Assembly: GCA_036507075.1 (NCBI GenBank)
Contig: DASXQR010000137.1
Span: 1 to 15,351, forward strand
Length of the DNA: 15,351 bases
Source of the DNA: Acidobacteriota bacterium
GTDB lineage: Bacteria > Acidobacteriota > UBA6911 > JACQSX01
Direction of reading: 5' to 3'
A program made the position numbers and the translations under genes. Numbering within the stretch: the first letter of the stretch is position 1; the number at the start of each line of letters is the position of its first letter. Below the pieces are notes generated by a model, which was not told the DNA's origin, made no database searches, and saw nothing but the letters and a program-made list of their open reading frames with translations. Positions 1 through 7,184 of this stretch are shown here, piece by piece.

Positions 1-365
1 TGGGCTCGGCCCCGCATGATCTATTTTTAACGCTGATTACGCGCTCTCTGGCATACATTCGCACGCCGATGACCGATGGCGTCTGCTCCTCGGTGCTCGA
101 ATCGCTGAGCCTGAAAGTGCCGGTGCTGGCCAGCGACAACGGCACACGGCCTCCAGGCGCCACGCTGTACCGGCACGGCGATTTGGAGGGCTTACTCGCG
201 CTAATGCGCTCAGCTGTGCAGCAGCACGAAACGATGGTCGCGGCGTTACCGAACGTGAAAGTCGATAACAACTCGGAAAAGCTCGCTGACAGCATTGAGG
301 AAATCTGCCTTGGCGCGCGGTCCGCGCCGGCAGCGAATCCCGACATCCCCAGCGCAAGAGCCTAG
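1..365 (+). CDS. Glycosyltransferase family 4 (GT-B) C-terminal part, 5'-truncated by window edge
   Basis: The frame is open from position 3 (GSAPHDLFLTLITRSLAYIRTPMTDGVCSSVLESLSLKVPVLASDN...). DGVCSSVLE is an (E/D)-x7-E motif followed by 'PVLASD', typical of GT4/Glycos_transf_1. Stop TAG at 363-365. Confidence 0.75.
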   Translation, partial: GSAPHDLFLTLITRSLAYIRTPMTDGVCSSVLESLSLKVPVLASDNGTRPPGATLYRHGDLEGLLALMRSAVQQHETMVAALPNVKVDNNSEKLADSIEEICLGARSAPAANPDIPSARA

Positions 366-388
366 CAACGGGGCTACCGCCGGCATAT

Positions 389-1042
389 TCATTCCGTGGT
401 CAAATAGTAGATAAACTCGCGCGCCACCGCGGCGATACTAGAGCGGTGCCGCCACCATTCTGCAGGAATGAACCCCGCATCGGCTGTAGCGACAATGCGC
501 ACTTCGGCGATGCCATCGAGCGCATGACGGAAAAAACGTCGGTCGCGGCGTGATTGATAGCTCGACGTCACGATCAACAAGCGCTTCCAGCCGCGCCCCG
601 CGACCAGCGCGCGCGTAGTTTCTGCTTCATTCATCGAGATTCCCGGGCTATGCGAAAGCACAACGATGGCACTATCCGGCACTCCGCGCTCGATTAGATC
701 GCGGCGCATTACGTCAGCGAGCGAGGCATACGGCCGTAGATAGCGCCCAATAGCCACCACACGCGGGGCCCAGCCCGCGCGGTAGAGTTCTGCGGCGTGG
801 CTGCAGCGCAGTGCGCTGTAACTGTCGTCGTCGGGCACCACGATGGCATCGGCCTTTTCGAGCGGGTCGCTCACCACCCACCATTCCCCGAAGGCACTCA
901 GTAGCCGCGGCCCCAGCCAATAGAGAAGGACGAGAAGTATGACGAAGAAAATCCAGCGAAATAGTCTGCCGCGGCCGCGCCTTGCGCTCTGCGGCGCGCG
1001 AGGCGAGGAGGCATCTGGGCTCGAAGCAGTAACGTTGTTCAT
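389..1042 (-). CDS. YdcF/DUF218 (ElyC/SanA-like) membrane-anchored protein
   Basis: N-terminal TM helix (WIFFVILLVLLYWL), then 'SDPLEKADAIVV', 'AAELYRAGWAP', 'LIERGVPDSAI', 'LLIVTSSYQSRR' and 'WW...REFI', the characteristic DUF218 motif order. Confidence 0.85.
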   Translation of the reverse strand: MNNVTASSPDASSPRAPQSARRGRGRLFRWIFFVILLVLLYWLGPRLLSAFGEWWVVSDPLEKADAIVVPDDDSYSALRCSHAAELYRAGWAPRVVAIGRYLRPYASLADVMRRDLIERGVPDSAIVVLSHSPGISMNEAETTRALVAGRGWKRLLIVTSSYQSRRDRRFFRHALDGIAEVRIVATADAGFIPAEWWRHRSSIAAVAREFIYYLTTE

Positions 1043-1094
1043 GAAGAGGGAATTACCGGGAAGTGGCCCCGGGAATCTTGACAGAAGTCTATGT

Positions 1095-2135
1095 CTACGT
1101 GCGCTTCTTCTGTGGCAGGCCGGCTTCCTTGATCTTATAAAGCAGTGCGCGGTAACTGATGCCCAGCAGTTCCGCGGCGCGTTTGCGGTTCCAGCGCGTA
1201 TTCTTCAGCGCCTCCAGAATGAGGAAGTGTTCGGCCTTCTGGCAGGCCTGCTTGGAATATTTTTTCAATGAGAAATCTGTTATTGGAGGGAGCTGGAATT
1301 CGCCTCCATTTGCCGGCCCCGTGCGGCGGTCTTCCAGCTCATTGAGAATGGAATCCGGCGATTCCAGAATGACGTAGCGCTTCAAGTAATTTTCCAACTC
1401 GCGGATATTGCCCGGCCAGTGGTGCTGCCGGAACCGCTCCATCACCGTACTGGAAAGCGGCTGGACCTTGCGCTCGAAGCGCTCGCCGTAGTTTTTCAGA
1501 AAATAGTCCACCAGGAGCGGCAAATCTTCCAGGCGGCGGCGCAACGGCGGCATCTGAATATTCACCACGTTGATGCGGTAGTAGAGATCTTCGCGGAAGC
1601 GCCCGGATTGAATTTCTCCCTGGATGTCGCGGTTGGTGATGCACATGATGCGCACGTCGCAGCGGCGCTCTTCCAGGTCGCCGATGCGGCTGAAACATCC
1701 GTCCTGCAACACTTGCAAGAGCTTGGCTTGCAGACCGGAATCAATGTCCGCGATTTCGTCGAGCACCATCGAGCCCTGGTTAGCCTGCTCGAATTTTCCG
1801 GCGCGGCTGTTGTAGGCGCCAGTGAAGGAGCCTTTCTCATAGCCGAACAGTTCAGATTCGAGAAGCGAGCCGGGAATCGCCGCGCAGTTCACTTTGATCA
1901 GCGGCTGCTCGTTCCACGGAGAGATTTGGTGCAGATAATTGGCCAGGACTTCTTTGCCTGTGCCGCTTTCGCCTTCGAGCAAGACCGGCACGCGGATGCT
2001 CGCCACCCGTTCCACGGTATGGCGGATGCGCTGCATTTCTTCGGTTTGGCCGAAAAGAACTTCAGGATGCAGACCGTTTCGAGCTGCTTCAGGCCCGACA
2101 ATCATCTGTTGCGCTTTTGCCACGGTTGATCCCAC
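1095..2135 (-). CDS. Sigma-54-dependent transcriptional activator (bEBP): AAA+ plus Fis-type HTH, no N-terminal sensory domain
   Basis: Walker A GESGTGKE, 'VNCAAIP..LLESELFG', GSFTGA loop, Walker B 'VLDEI', 'FREDLYYRINV', 'WPGNIRELEN', C-terminal HTH 'WNRKRAAELLGISYRALLYK'. Only about 25 aa precede the AAA+ domain. The start (GTG 2135 versus a slightly later codon) is uncertain. Confidence 0.93.
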   Translation of the reverse strand: MGSTVAKAQQMIVGPEAARNGLHPEVLFGQTEEMQRIRHTVERVASIRVPVLLEGESGTGKEVLANYLHQISPWNEQPLIKVNCAAIPGSLLESELFGYEKGSFTGAYNSRAGKFEQANQGSMVLDEIADIDSGLQAKLLQVLQDGCFSRIGDLEERRCDVRIMCITNRDIQGEIQSGRFREDLYYRINVVNIQMPPLRRRLEDLPLLVDYFLKNYGERFERKVQPLSSTVMERFRQHHWPGNIRELENYLKRYVILESPDSILNELEDRRTGPANGGEFQLPPITDFSLKKYSKQACQKAEHFLILEALKNTRWNRKRAAELLGISYRALLYKIKEAGLPQKKRT

Positions 2136-2168
2136 CTGAATTCTCTTTCAATGTTGCAAGCAGACTTT

Positions 2169-2185
2169 TGCATCTAGATGGCCAA
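2169..2185 (-). promoter_or_regulatory. Putative sigma-54 (-24/-12) promoter for the input-less bEBP gene
   Basis: Minus strand reads TTGGCCATCTAGATGCA: GG(2183-2182)-N10-GC(2171-2170), with TGGC and TGCA flanks, about 35 nt upstream of the start codon. Confidence 0.5.
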
Positions 2186-2483
2186 GGTCGCATTCGACAT
2201 CGTACTTCATCTTCTGCCAATAACCCATTTGTTTTCCGTTTGTTGTGTCCAGTCCTGCAAGGGGGACGAGAATTCCAAAGGGACCGTCAGTGGGAAACGC
2301 CACTCATAGATGTGAAAAAGTTTTCCTATTCTCACAGTCCAGCCGAAGTCCAAACTGAGTCTCCCTGATTGAGTTCCGGCACCGGAAACCGGCGTCGAGT
2401 TTGTCTCGTCAGTCAGTACGTCGGCTCTTGCCCGCCCGCACAGATGCTGTAGATTGCTCTTAGAGGAATCAATCAGGCGTCGA

Positions 2484-3701
2484 ATGGACTGGAGCACAAT
2501 ACTTCGAATGGCGATGAGGACGCTGGGGCGCAACAAATTGCGCGCCGGGCTGACGTTGCTGGGAATCACCATCGCCATCAGCGCGGTGATTTGCACGGTG
2601 GCCATTGGGCAAGGCGGGTCGGACATGATCCGCGATCAACTCGCCATGCTCGGCGATAATCTGGTGTGGGTGGAAGCGGGCAACCGCAACGTGCAGGGTG
2701 TACGCACTGGCAATTTCGGAAGCAATACGCTGACCATGGATGACCTGCACGCCATCGTGCAATCCGTTCCCGTTGTCAAGCGCGCTTCTCCGCAAGTGGA
2801 TTCCCGCGCTCAAGTGGTCTACGGCAACCAGAACTGGAGCACAACTTATCGCGGTGTTTCGCCGGAGTATCTGGATATTCGTCTGTGGGCTGTGGCCGAG
2901 GGCAATCCGTTCACGCATGAAGATGTGGAGAATTTTGCCGGTGTTTGCCTGCTTGGCCAGACCGTCGCGCGCATTTTGTTCCCTGCCGAAGATCCCATCG
3001 GCAAAACGATCCGCGTGAAGACGCTGCCCTGCAAAGTCGTGGGCGTGCTGGCGCCGAAGGGCATGTCCGTCACCGGTCAGGACCAGGACGATTTCATCCT
3101 GATGCCCTACACCACGGTGCAAAACAAAGTGCGGGGAGTAACCTGGCTGGACGACATCATGTGCTCGGTACGCTCGCGCGACGCCGTGCGCCCCGCGCGC
3201 GATATGATCACCCGTCTGCTGCGCGAGCGGCACCACATCCGCGAAGGCGCGCCGGAAGACTTCAACATCCGCACGCCGGATGAAACGCTGAAAGTGCAGG
3301 AGGACGCCAGCAACACGTTTACGATGATGCTGGCGAGCATCGCGTCGGTATCTCTGCTGGTGGGCGGAATCGGAATCATGAACATCATGCTCGTCTCGGT
3401 AACCGAGCGCACGCGGGAAATTGGAGTGCGCATGGCCGTGGGTGCCACCGAAGGCGACGTACAGCGCCAGTTCCTGGCGGAGGCGGTGACGCTTAGCCTG
3501 ATCGGAGGAGCCATCGGCATTCCCGGCGGCATCCTGAGCTCGTTCGGAATTTCCTCGCTGCTGGGCTGGCCGATTTCGATTTCCCTGACCGCGGTCGGCG
3601 TGGCGTTTTTGTTTGCGCTCGGTGTCGGAATTTTCTTCGGTTATTACCCGGCGCAAAAAGCTTCGCGGCTCGATCCCATCGAAGCGCTCCGCTACGAATA
3701 G
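2484..3701 (+). CDS. MacB/FtsX-family ABC transporter permease
   Basis: 'NKLRAGLTLLGITIAISAVI' TM1, a large periplasmic domain, 'IASVSLLVGGIGIMNIMLVSVTERTREIGVRMAVGA' and terminal 'PAQKASRLDPIEALRYE'. ATG 2484 is preferred over TTG 2454. Confidence 0.95.
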   Translation: MDWSTILRMAMRTLGRNKLRAGLTLLGITIAISAVICTVAIGQGGSDMIRDQLAMLGDNLVWVEAGNRNVQGVRTGNFGSNTLTMDDLHAIVQSVPVVKRASPQVDSRAQVVYGNQNWSTTYRGVSPEYLDIRLWAVAEGNPFTHEDVENFAGVCLLGQTVARILFPAEDPIGKTIRVKTLPCKVVGVLAPKGMSVTGQDQDDFILMPYTTVQNKVRGVTWLDDIMCSVRSRDAVRPARDMITRLLRERHHIREGAPEDFNIRTPDETLKVQEDASNTFTMMLASIASVSLLVGGIGIMNIMLVSVTERTREIGVRMAVGATEGDVQRQFLAEAVTLSLIGGAIGIPGGILSSFGISSLLGWPISISLTAVGVAFLFALGVGIFFGYYPAQKASRLDPIEALRYE

Positions 3702-3777
3702 TCCGCGCATAAACCAAGGCCGATAACCCGCTTGACGGACCGATATTCGAAATGAGCTGAGATTTGTGGAGAAATGT

Positions 3778-5001
3778 CTAAGACACGAAGGCGCAACCGA
3801 TGCGCGTGCCGCTCTCATCGGCGGAGTGCACATAGGTTTTCTTCAGGCTGACGCGCACGGGCGGCAAGATGGGCACGTGCAGCACGGCGTTAAAACTCTG
3901 CGGGGCGACCTCTCCTGCACCGAACTGCAAGCCCACGCCGCCGTAGCTCAAATCAAGGACGCGAGCGGTTTTTTCGCCGGCTTCATTGAGCACGGCGTAG
4001 GCGCGCGTCCCAGCAAGCGATACGCGCTCCCATTTGCGGCGATCCGCGCCGCTGGGCAGCGACGAAGCAGCCGCCGCAGCGGCCACGGCGATGTTGGAAA
4101 GCGGAACACTGGTCGCCGGCGCCGGCGTTTCGCGCGCCGCAGGGGCCTCCATGGGAATCACGCGAGAGGCATTGCCTGGCGCACGGTTGGCTTTCTTGAA
4201 TTCATAGAGCCTGTCATCGGCGATGCGCACCAGCGCGTCCCGCGTGTCACCGTCCTCGGGAAAGTTGGAGATGCCGTAATCCAAGGCCAGCGGCACATCA
4301 ATCTGCATGGGTTCGATTCCTGACTCGTAGTTCGTGCGCAGGCGGCGGCTGAGCGTAGAGGCTTGTTCCGGATCGCATTGCAAGAGCAGCAGCGAAAACT
4401 CGTCGCCACCGATACGGAACGCATAGTCGGAAGTGCGCAGCGTCTTGCGCAACGTCGCCGCGGCGATCTGCAGAGCCTGGTCGCCCTGCATGTGACCGAA
4501 GCGGTCGTTGACTTCTTTGAATTTGTGCAGATCCATCATCACCAGCGCGATGTGCTGGTTGTAACGCTTGGCGCGCGTCAGCTCCTTGGTGAAATACTCT
4601 TCAAACAACCGGCGATTGTAGAGTCCGGTCAACGCATCGGTGGCTGCGTTGAGCTGCAATTTTTTCAGTTCGTCGTATTCCATCAGCACCGGCGCGCGCA
4701 GGAAATTCGTGGAGGCCAGTACATCTACGATAGCGGTCTTTAAGGAAATGGGGTGATCGAGGCTCTCGGAAAGTTCCTGGCGCCGCGCGAGGATCTGATC
4801 CCACAGGTCCAAAGTGATGCCTTCCTGAAGATCCACTTGCGCGATGGCTTTGAAGAAACGCTGGAGAAACTGGGCGCGGACCGGGCGGTCGAGCGCCTGC
4901 AGTGTTTCGATAAGAAGATCGAGGAAGGAATCTTCTGCGGATAAGGGTACAGCAGAACGCAAGACATCTCCTGCGTTTGGGGCTGGGGCTGATTTATTCA
5001 A
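3778..5001 (-). CDS. Diguanylate cyclase with C-terminal PilZ domain (unknown helical N-domain - GGDEF - PilZ)
   Basis: 'TDALTGLYNRR', 'DLHKFKEVNDRFGHMQGD', I-site RTSD five residues before intact 'GGDEF', an Ala/Pro-rich linker, then PilZ motifs 'DRRKWER' (RxxxR) and 'DLSYGG' (DxSxxG). TTG start preceded by GGGGAG. Confidence 0.93.
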   Translation of the reverse strand: MNKSAPAPNAGDVLRSAVPLSAEDSFLDLLIETLQALDRPVRAQFLQRFFKAIAQVDLQEGITLDLWDQILARRQELSESLDHPISLKTAIVDVLASTNFLRAPVLMEYDELKKLQLNAATDALTGLYNRRLFEEYFTKELTRAKRYNQHIALVMMDLHKFKEVNDRFGHMQGDQALQIAAATLRKTLRTSDYAFRIGGDEFSLLLLQCDPEQASTLSRRLRTNYESGIEPMQIDVPLALDYGISNFPEDGDTRDALVRIADDRLYEFKKANRAPGNASRVIPMEAPAARETPAPATSVPLSNIAVAAAAAASSLPSGADRRKWERVSLAGTRAYAVLNEAGEKTARVLDLSYGGVGLQFGAGEVAPQSFNAVLHVPILPPVRVSLKKTYVHSADESGTRIGCAFVS

Positions 5002-5060
5002 AATCGGGTCACTCCCCTTTTAAGATAGACCTATACGCCTCCACTACCCCAAGATAGGAG

Positions 5061-5076
5061 AGCACGACAGGTGCCA
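5061..5076 (-). promoter_or_regulatory. Putative sigma-54 (-24/-12) promoter for the GGDEF-PilZ gene
   Basis: Minus strand reads TGGCACCTGTCGTGCT: perfect TGGCAC -24 box and GG-N10-GC spacing, about 60 nt upstream of the start. Confidence 0.7.
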
Positions 5077-5242
5077 CACTAGGTCCCGGCCGAGATCTCC
5101 ATCCCTGACTGTAAGTCCCTTCGTTATCAGTAGTCAACTATGGCACTGAGGATTTCTGCGGATTTCCACACTTCGAGCAACTTTTAGAAAAGAAAGCTCC
5201 TGCACTTTTTGTGCTTATTTCTTCTTTCCACCCGCCGCAATT

Positions 5243-5566
5243 TCAGTCGAGCGGCCGGAGAAACTCCACCCCGATGAGGTGGACGTCGCCAGCCGGGTAA
5301 CTTCGACGAACGCGGGCCTGTATTGGACGTGTTTCAGCGGGTACCAATCCTGCTGATGTCGGAGGCGGTGCGGGGATCGTCAACGAGACCATGTCACTCA
5401 GCTTGATGTGGCGCGGAATAGCCAAACATGCGCCTACGGAGCTGATGTCCAGCGTCCGGCTGAGATCCAAAAAATCTTCTCCGCTGCCATCCACGCCACG
5501 CACGAAAATCGGAATTTGTAGGTGGAAGCGTTGGGAACGACGTCGCTCTGCGGGGTGAGAGCTCAT
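5243..5566 (-). CDS. Stand-alone PilZ domain protein
   Basis: 'ERRRSQR' (RxxxR), 'DISSVG' (DxSxxG), 'IQARVRR...IGVEF' C-terminal strands; GAAGG upstream of the ATG. Confidence 0.9.
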   Translation of the reverse strand: MSSHPAERRRSQRFHLQIPIFVRGVDGSGEDFLDLSRTLDISSVGACLAIPRHIKLSDMVSLTIPAPPPTSAGLVPAETRPIQARVRRSYPAGDVHLIGVEFLRPLD

Positions 5567-5638
5567 TCGTAGACCTTCCGAAGGCGATAAACAAGTTCTC
5601 GGCCACTAGAACCATTGGCCTAGTACTGCGTATGTCTT

Positions 5639-5655
5639 TGCAATTTGAGTGCTAA
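5639..5655 (-). promoter_or_regulatory. Possible variant sigma-54 promoter for the PilZ gene at 5243-5566
   Basis: Minus strand reads TTAGCACTCAAATTGCA. It matches TGGCAC-N5-TTGCA except AG in place of GG at -25/-24, and lies about 74 nt upstream of the ATG. Confidence 0.4.
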
Positions 5656-5885
5656 ACGCATCGCCGCCCTGTGGCTGCTCTATCGCTTTGAAAATAAGCA
5701 AGTTAGCTTAAGACCGCGTGCTCCCAAGGAGTGGCTGAGGACGCGGGTTCCCCAGTAAGTGCCAGCATTTTTCTTCTTATGTGAAAATCGGGACTCATTT
5801 CCCATTGACTCTAGAACTCCCTCCCTGCGAGCATGGATTCGCAGCGCCACCGGTACTTAATCGCTCGTAACGAAATAAGGGCTAA

Positions 5886-7184
5886 GTGTTAAACGAGGGT
5901 GTGAGCTTGAACGAGGCATCGGTAACAAATCCAATGGTGGTCTCGAAGTCTCTAGAGCCCGTGCTCGCGCTGGCGCAGGTGGCCAGTCTTCTCGACGCGG
6001 TGGGGCGGCCCATCCTGGTGACGGAGCGAGGTGGGCGCGTACTTCTGGCCAACTTCCGCGCGCAGCAGCATATCTCCATTTACAATCTACCGCCGGTTGG
6101 CAAACTCAATCTCTTCCACGATTTATTGAAACTGGAACCCGCTTCAGTCTTCGGGCAACTGGAAAGCGGAGAGCACGAAGTGGCGCTTCCGACAAGCTCC
6201 GCGAACGGCCATGAATCGCATGCGCGCATTCGCTGGTTGCCGGAGCCCGACTGGCTGATCGTATATTTCGAAGATGCCGCCCCGGATGTAGTTTCCGCCG
6301 ATGACGTACAGATGCGCAATACCCTGCAGGAACTTTTGCAGGAGCGCGAGATCACGTACCGCAACCTGCTCTCCGCGTATTTGCGTTTGCAGGACGTGAA
6401 CCGCCAGAAAACCGTCTTCCTGGCTTCTGCCGCACACGAATTGAAGACGCCGCTGGCTGTGATGAAAGGTTACTACGACCTGCTGCTTTCGGGTTCGCTG
6501 GGCAAATTGACGGAGCGGCAGAAAGACATTCTCCAGGAATCCAAAGAAAGCTGCGACCGTCTGGTGCGGCTGGTTTCCATGTTCCTGAATTATTCGGCGC
6601 TGGAAAGCGGCAAGCTCGTGCTGCACCTGCGCGAGAACGATTTGCGCGACTGCCTGAGCGAAATCGTTTCGCGCTGGCAGGATGCGTTTCAACGCAAGCA
6701 AGTGCGCTTGGAAGTGCACATCAGCGCACAGCTCGAGCCGTTCAAGTTTGACTACCAGAAAGTCCAGCAAAGCGTCGCCAATTTACTGGATAACGCGCTA
6801 AAGCACACTCCGACGGGCGGGTCCGTGGTGCTCGCAGCGGAGCCGCATTTCTGGGACCGCCGCGCGGCGGCGCTGAACACCAATCAGGAACGCCGGCGCT
6901 TGCGTCTGGATCATGCCAATAGCGTGCGCGTCGCCGTGTCCGATACCGGCGCGGGCATCGCCGCCGAATATCATCAAGAAATTTTCGAAGAGTTCGTGCG
7001 CGTGGACCGCACTTCTTCCGGCATGGGCCTCGGCCTGGCCATCGTCAAGCGGTTGATCCAGGCGCACCGCGGAAAGATCTGGGTGGACAGCGAAGTAGGA
7101 CGTGGATGCACGTTCACGTTTTTGCTGCCCACGGACTCCGACCAAGTCAGTTTCGCACGCACAGAGAGGAAACCCACGGAATGA
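5886..7184 (+). CDS. Cytoplasmic sensor histidine kinase (PAS-like N-terminus, coiled coil, HisKA, HATPase_c)
   Basis: 'AVGRPILVTERGGRVLLANFRA' PAS-like start, H-box 'SAAHELKTPL', N-box 'NLLDNALKHT', G1 'VSDTGAGI', F-box 'IFEEF', G2 'GMGLGLAIVK'. No TM helix is evident. The start may be GTG 5886 or a downstream codon such as ATG 5934. Confidence 0.93.
   Translation: MLNEGVSLNEASVTNPMVVSKSLEPVLALAQVASLLDAVGRPILVTERGGRVLLANFRAQQHISIYNLPPVGKLNLFHDLLKLEPASVFGQLESGEHEVALPTSSANGHESHARIRWLPEPDWLIVYFEDAAPDVVSADDVQMRNTLQELLQEREITYRNLLSAYLRLQDVNRQKTVFLASAAHELKTPLAVMKGYYDLLLSGSLGKLTERQKDILQESKESCDRLVRLVSMFLNYSALESGKLVLHLRENDLRDCLSEIVSRWQDAFQRKQVRLEVHISAQLEPFKFDYQKVQQSVANLLDNALKHTPTGGSVVLAAEPHFWDRRAAALNTNQERRRLRLDHANSVRVAVSDTGAGIAAEYHQEIFEEFVRVDRTSSGMGLGLAIVKRLIQAHRGKIWVDSEVGRGCTFTFLLPTDSDQVSFARTERKPTE

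Noticed and set aside
2207..2626. 139-aa minus-strand ORF as a possible detached N-terminal domain of the bEBP
   Set aside because: It overlaps the permease start antisense, shows no REC/GAF/PAS features, and spans what looks like regulatory DNA.
2484..3701. ADOP (acidobacterial duplicated orphan permease)
   Set aside because: It has only one permease unit (about 405 aa) and is not duplicated.
2469..3833. 454-aa minus-strand ORF, and similar long antisense ORFs (1419-2129 +, 6974-8002 -, 3766-4323 +, 10158-10787 -)
   Set aside because: They are shadows of well-supported genes on the opposite strand in GC-rich DNA, with no recognisable motifs.
4060..4150. GCC/GCG-rich low-complexity stretch as a repeat element
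   Set aside because: It encodes the Ala/Pro linker between GGDEF and PilZ.
5141..5160. TGGCAC on the + strand (and another on the - strand near 5759-5764) as sigma-54 promoters
   Set aside because: There is no GC at N10 spacing.
7106..7180. Longer N-terminus for the response regulator given in the ORF track
   Set aside because: ATG 7181 has an RBS, an ATGA overlap with the kinase stop, and starts right at the REC domain.
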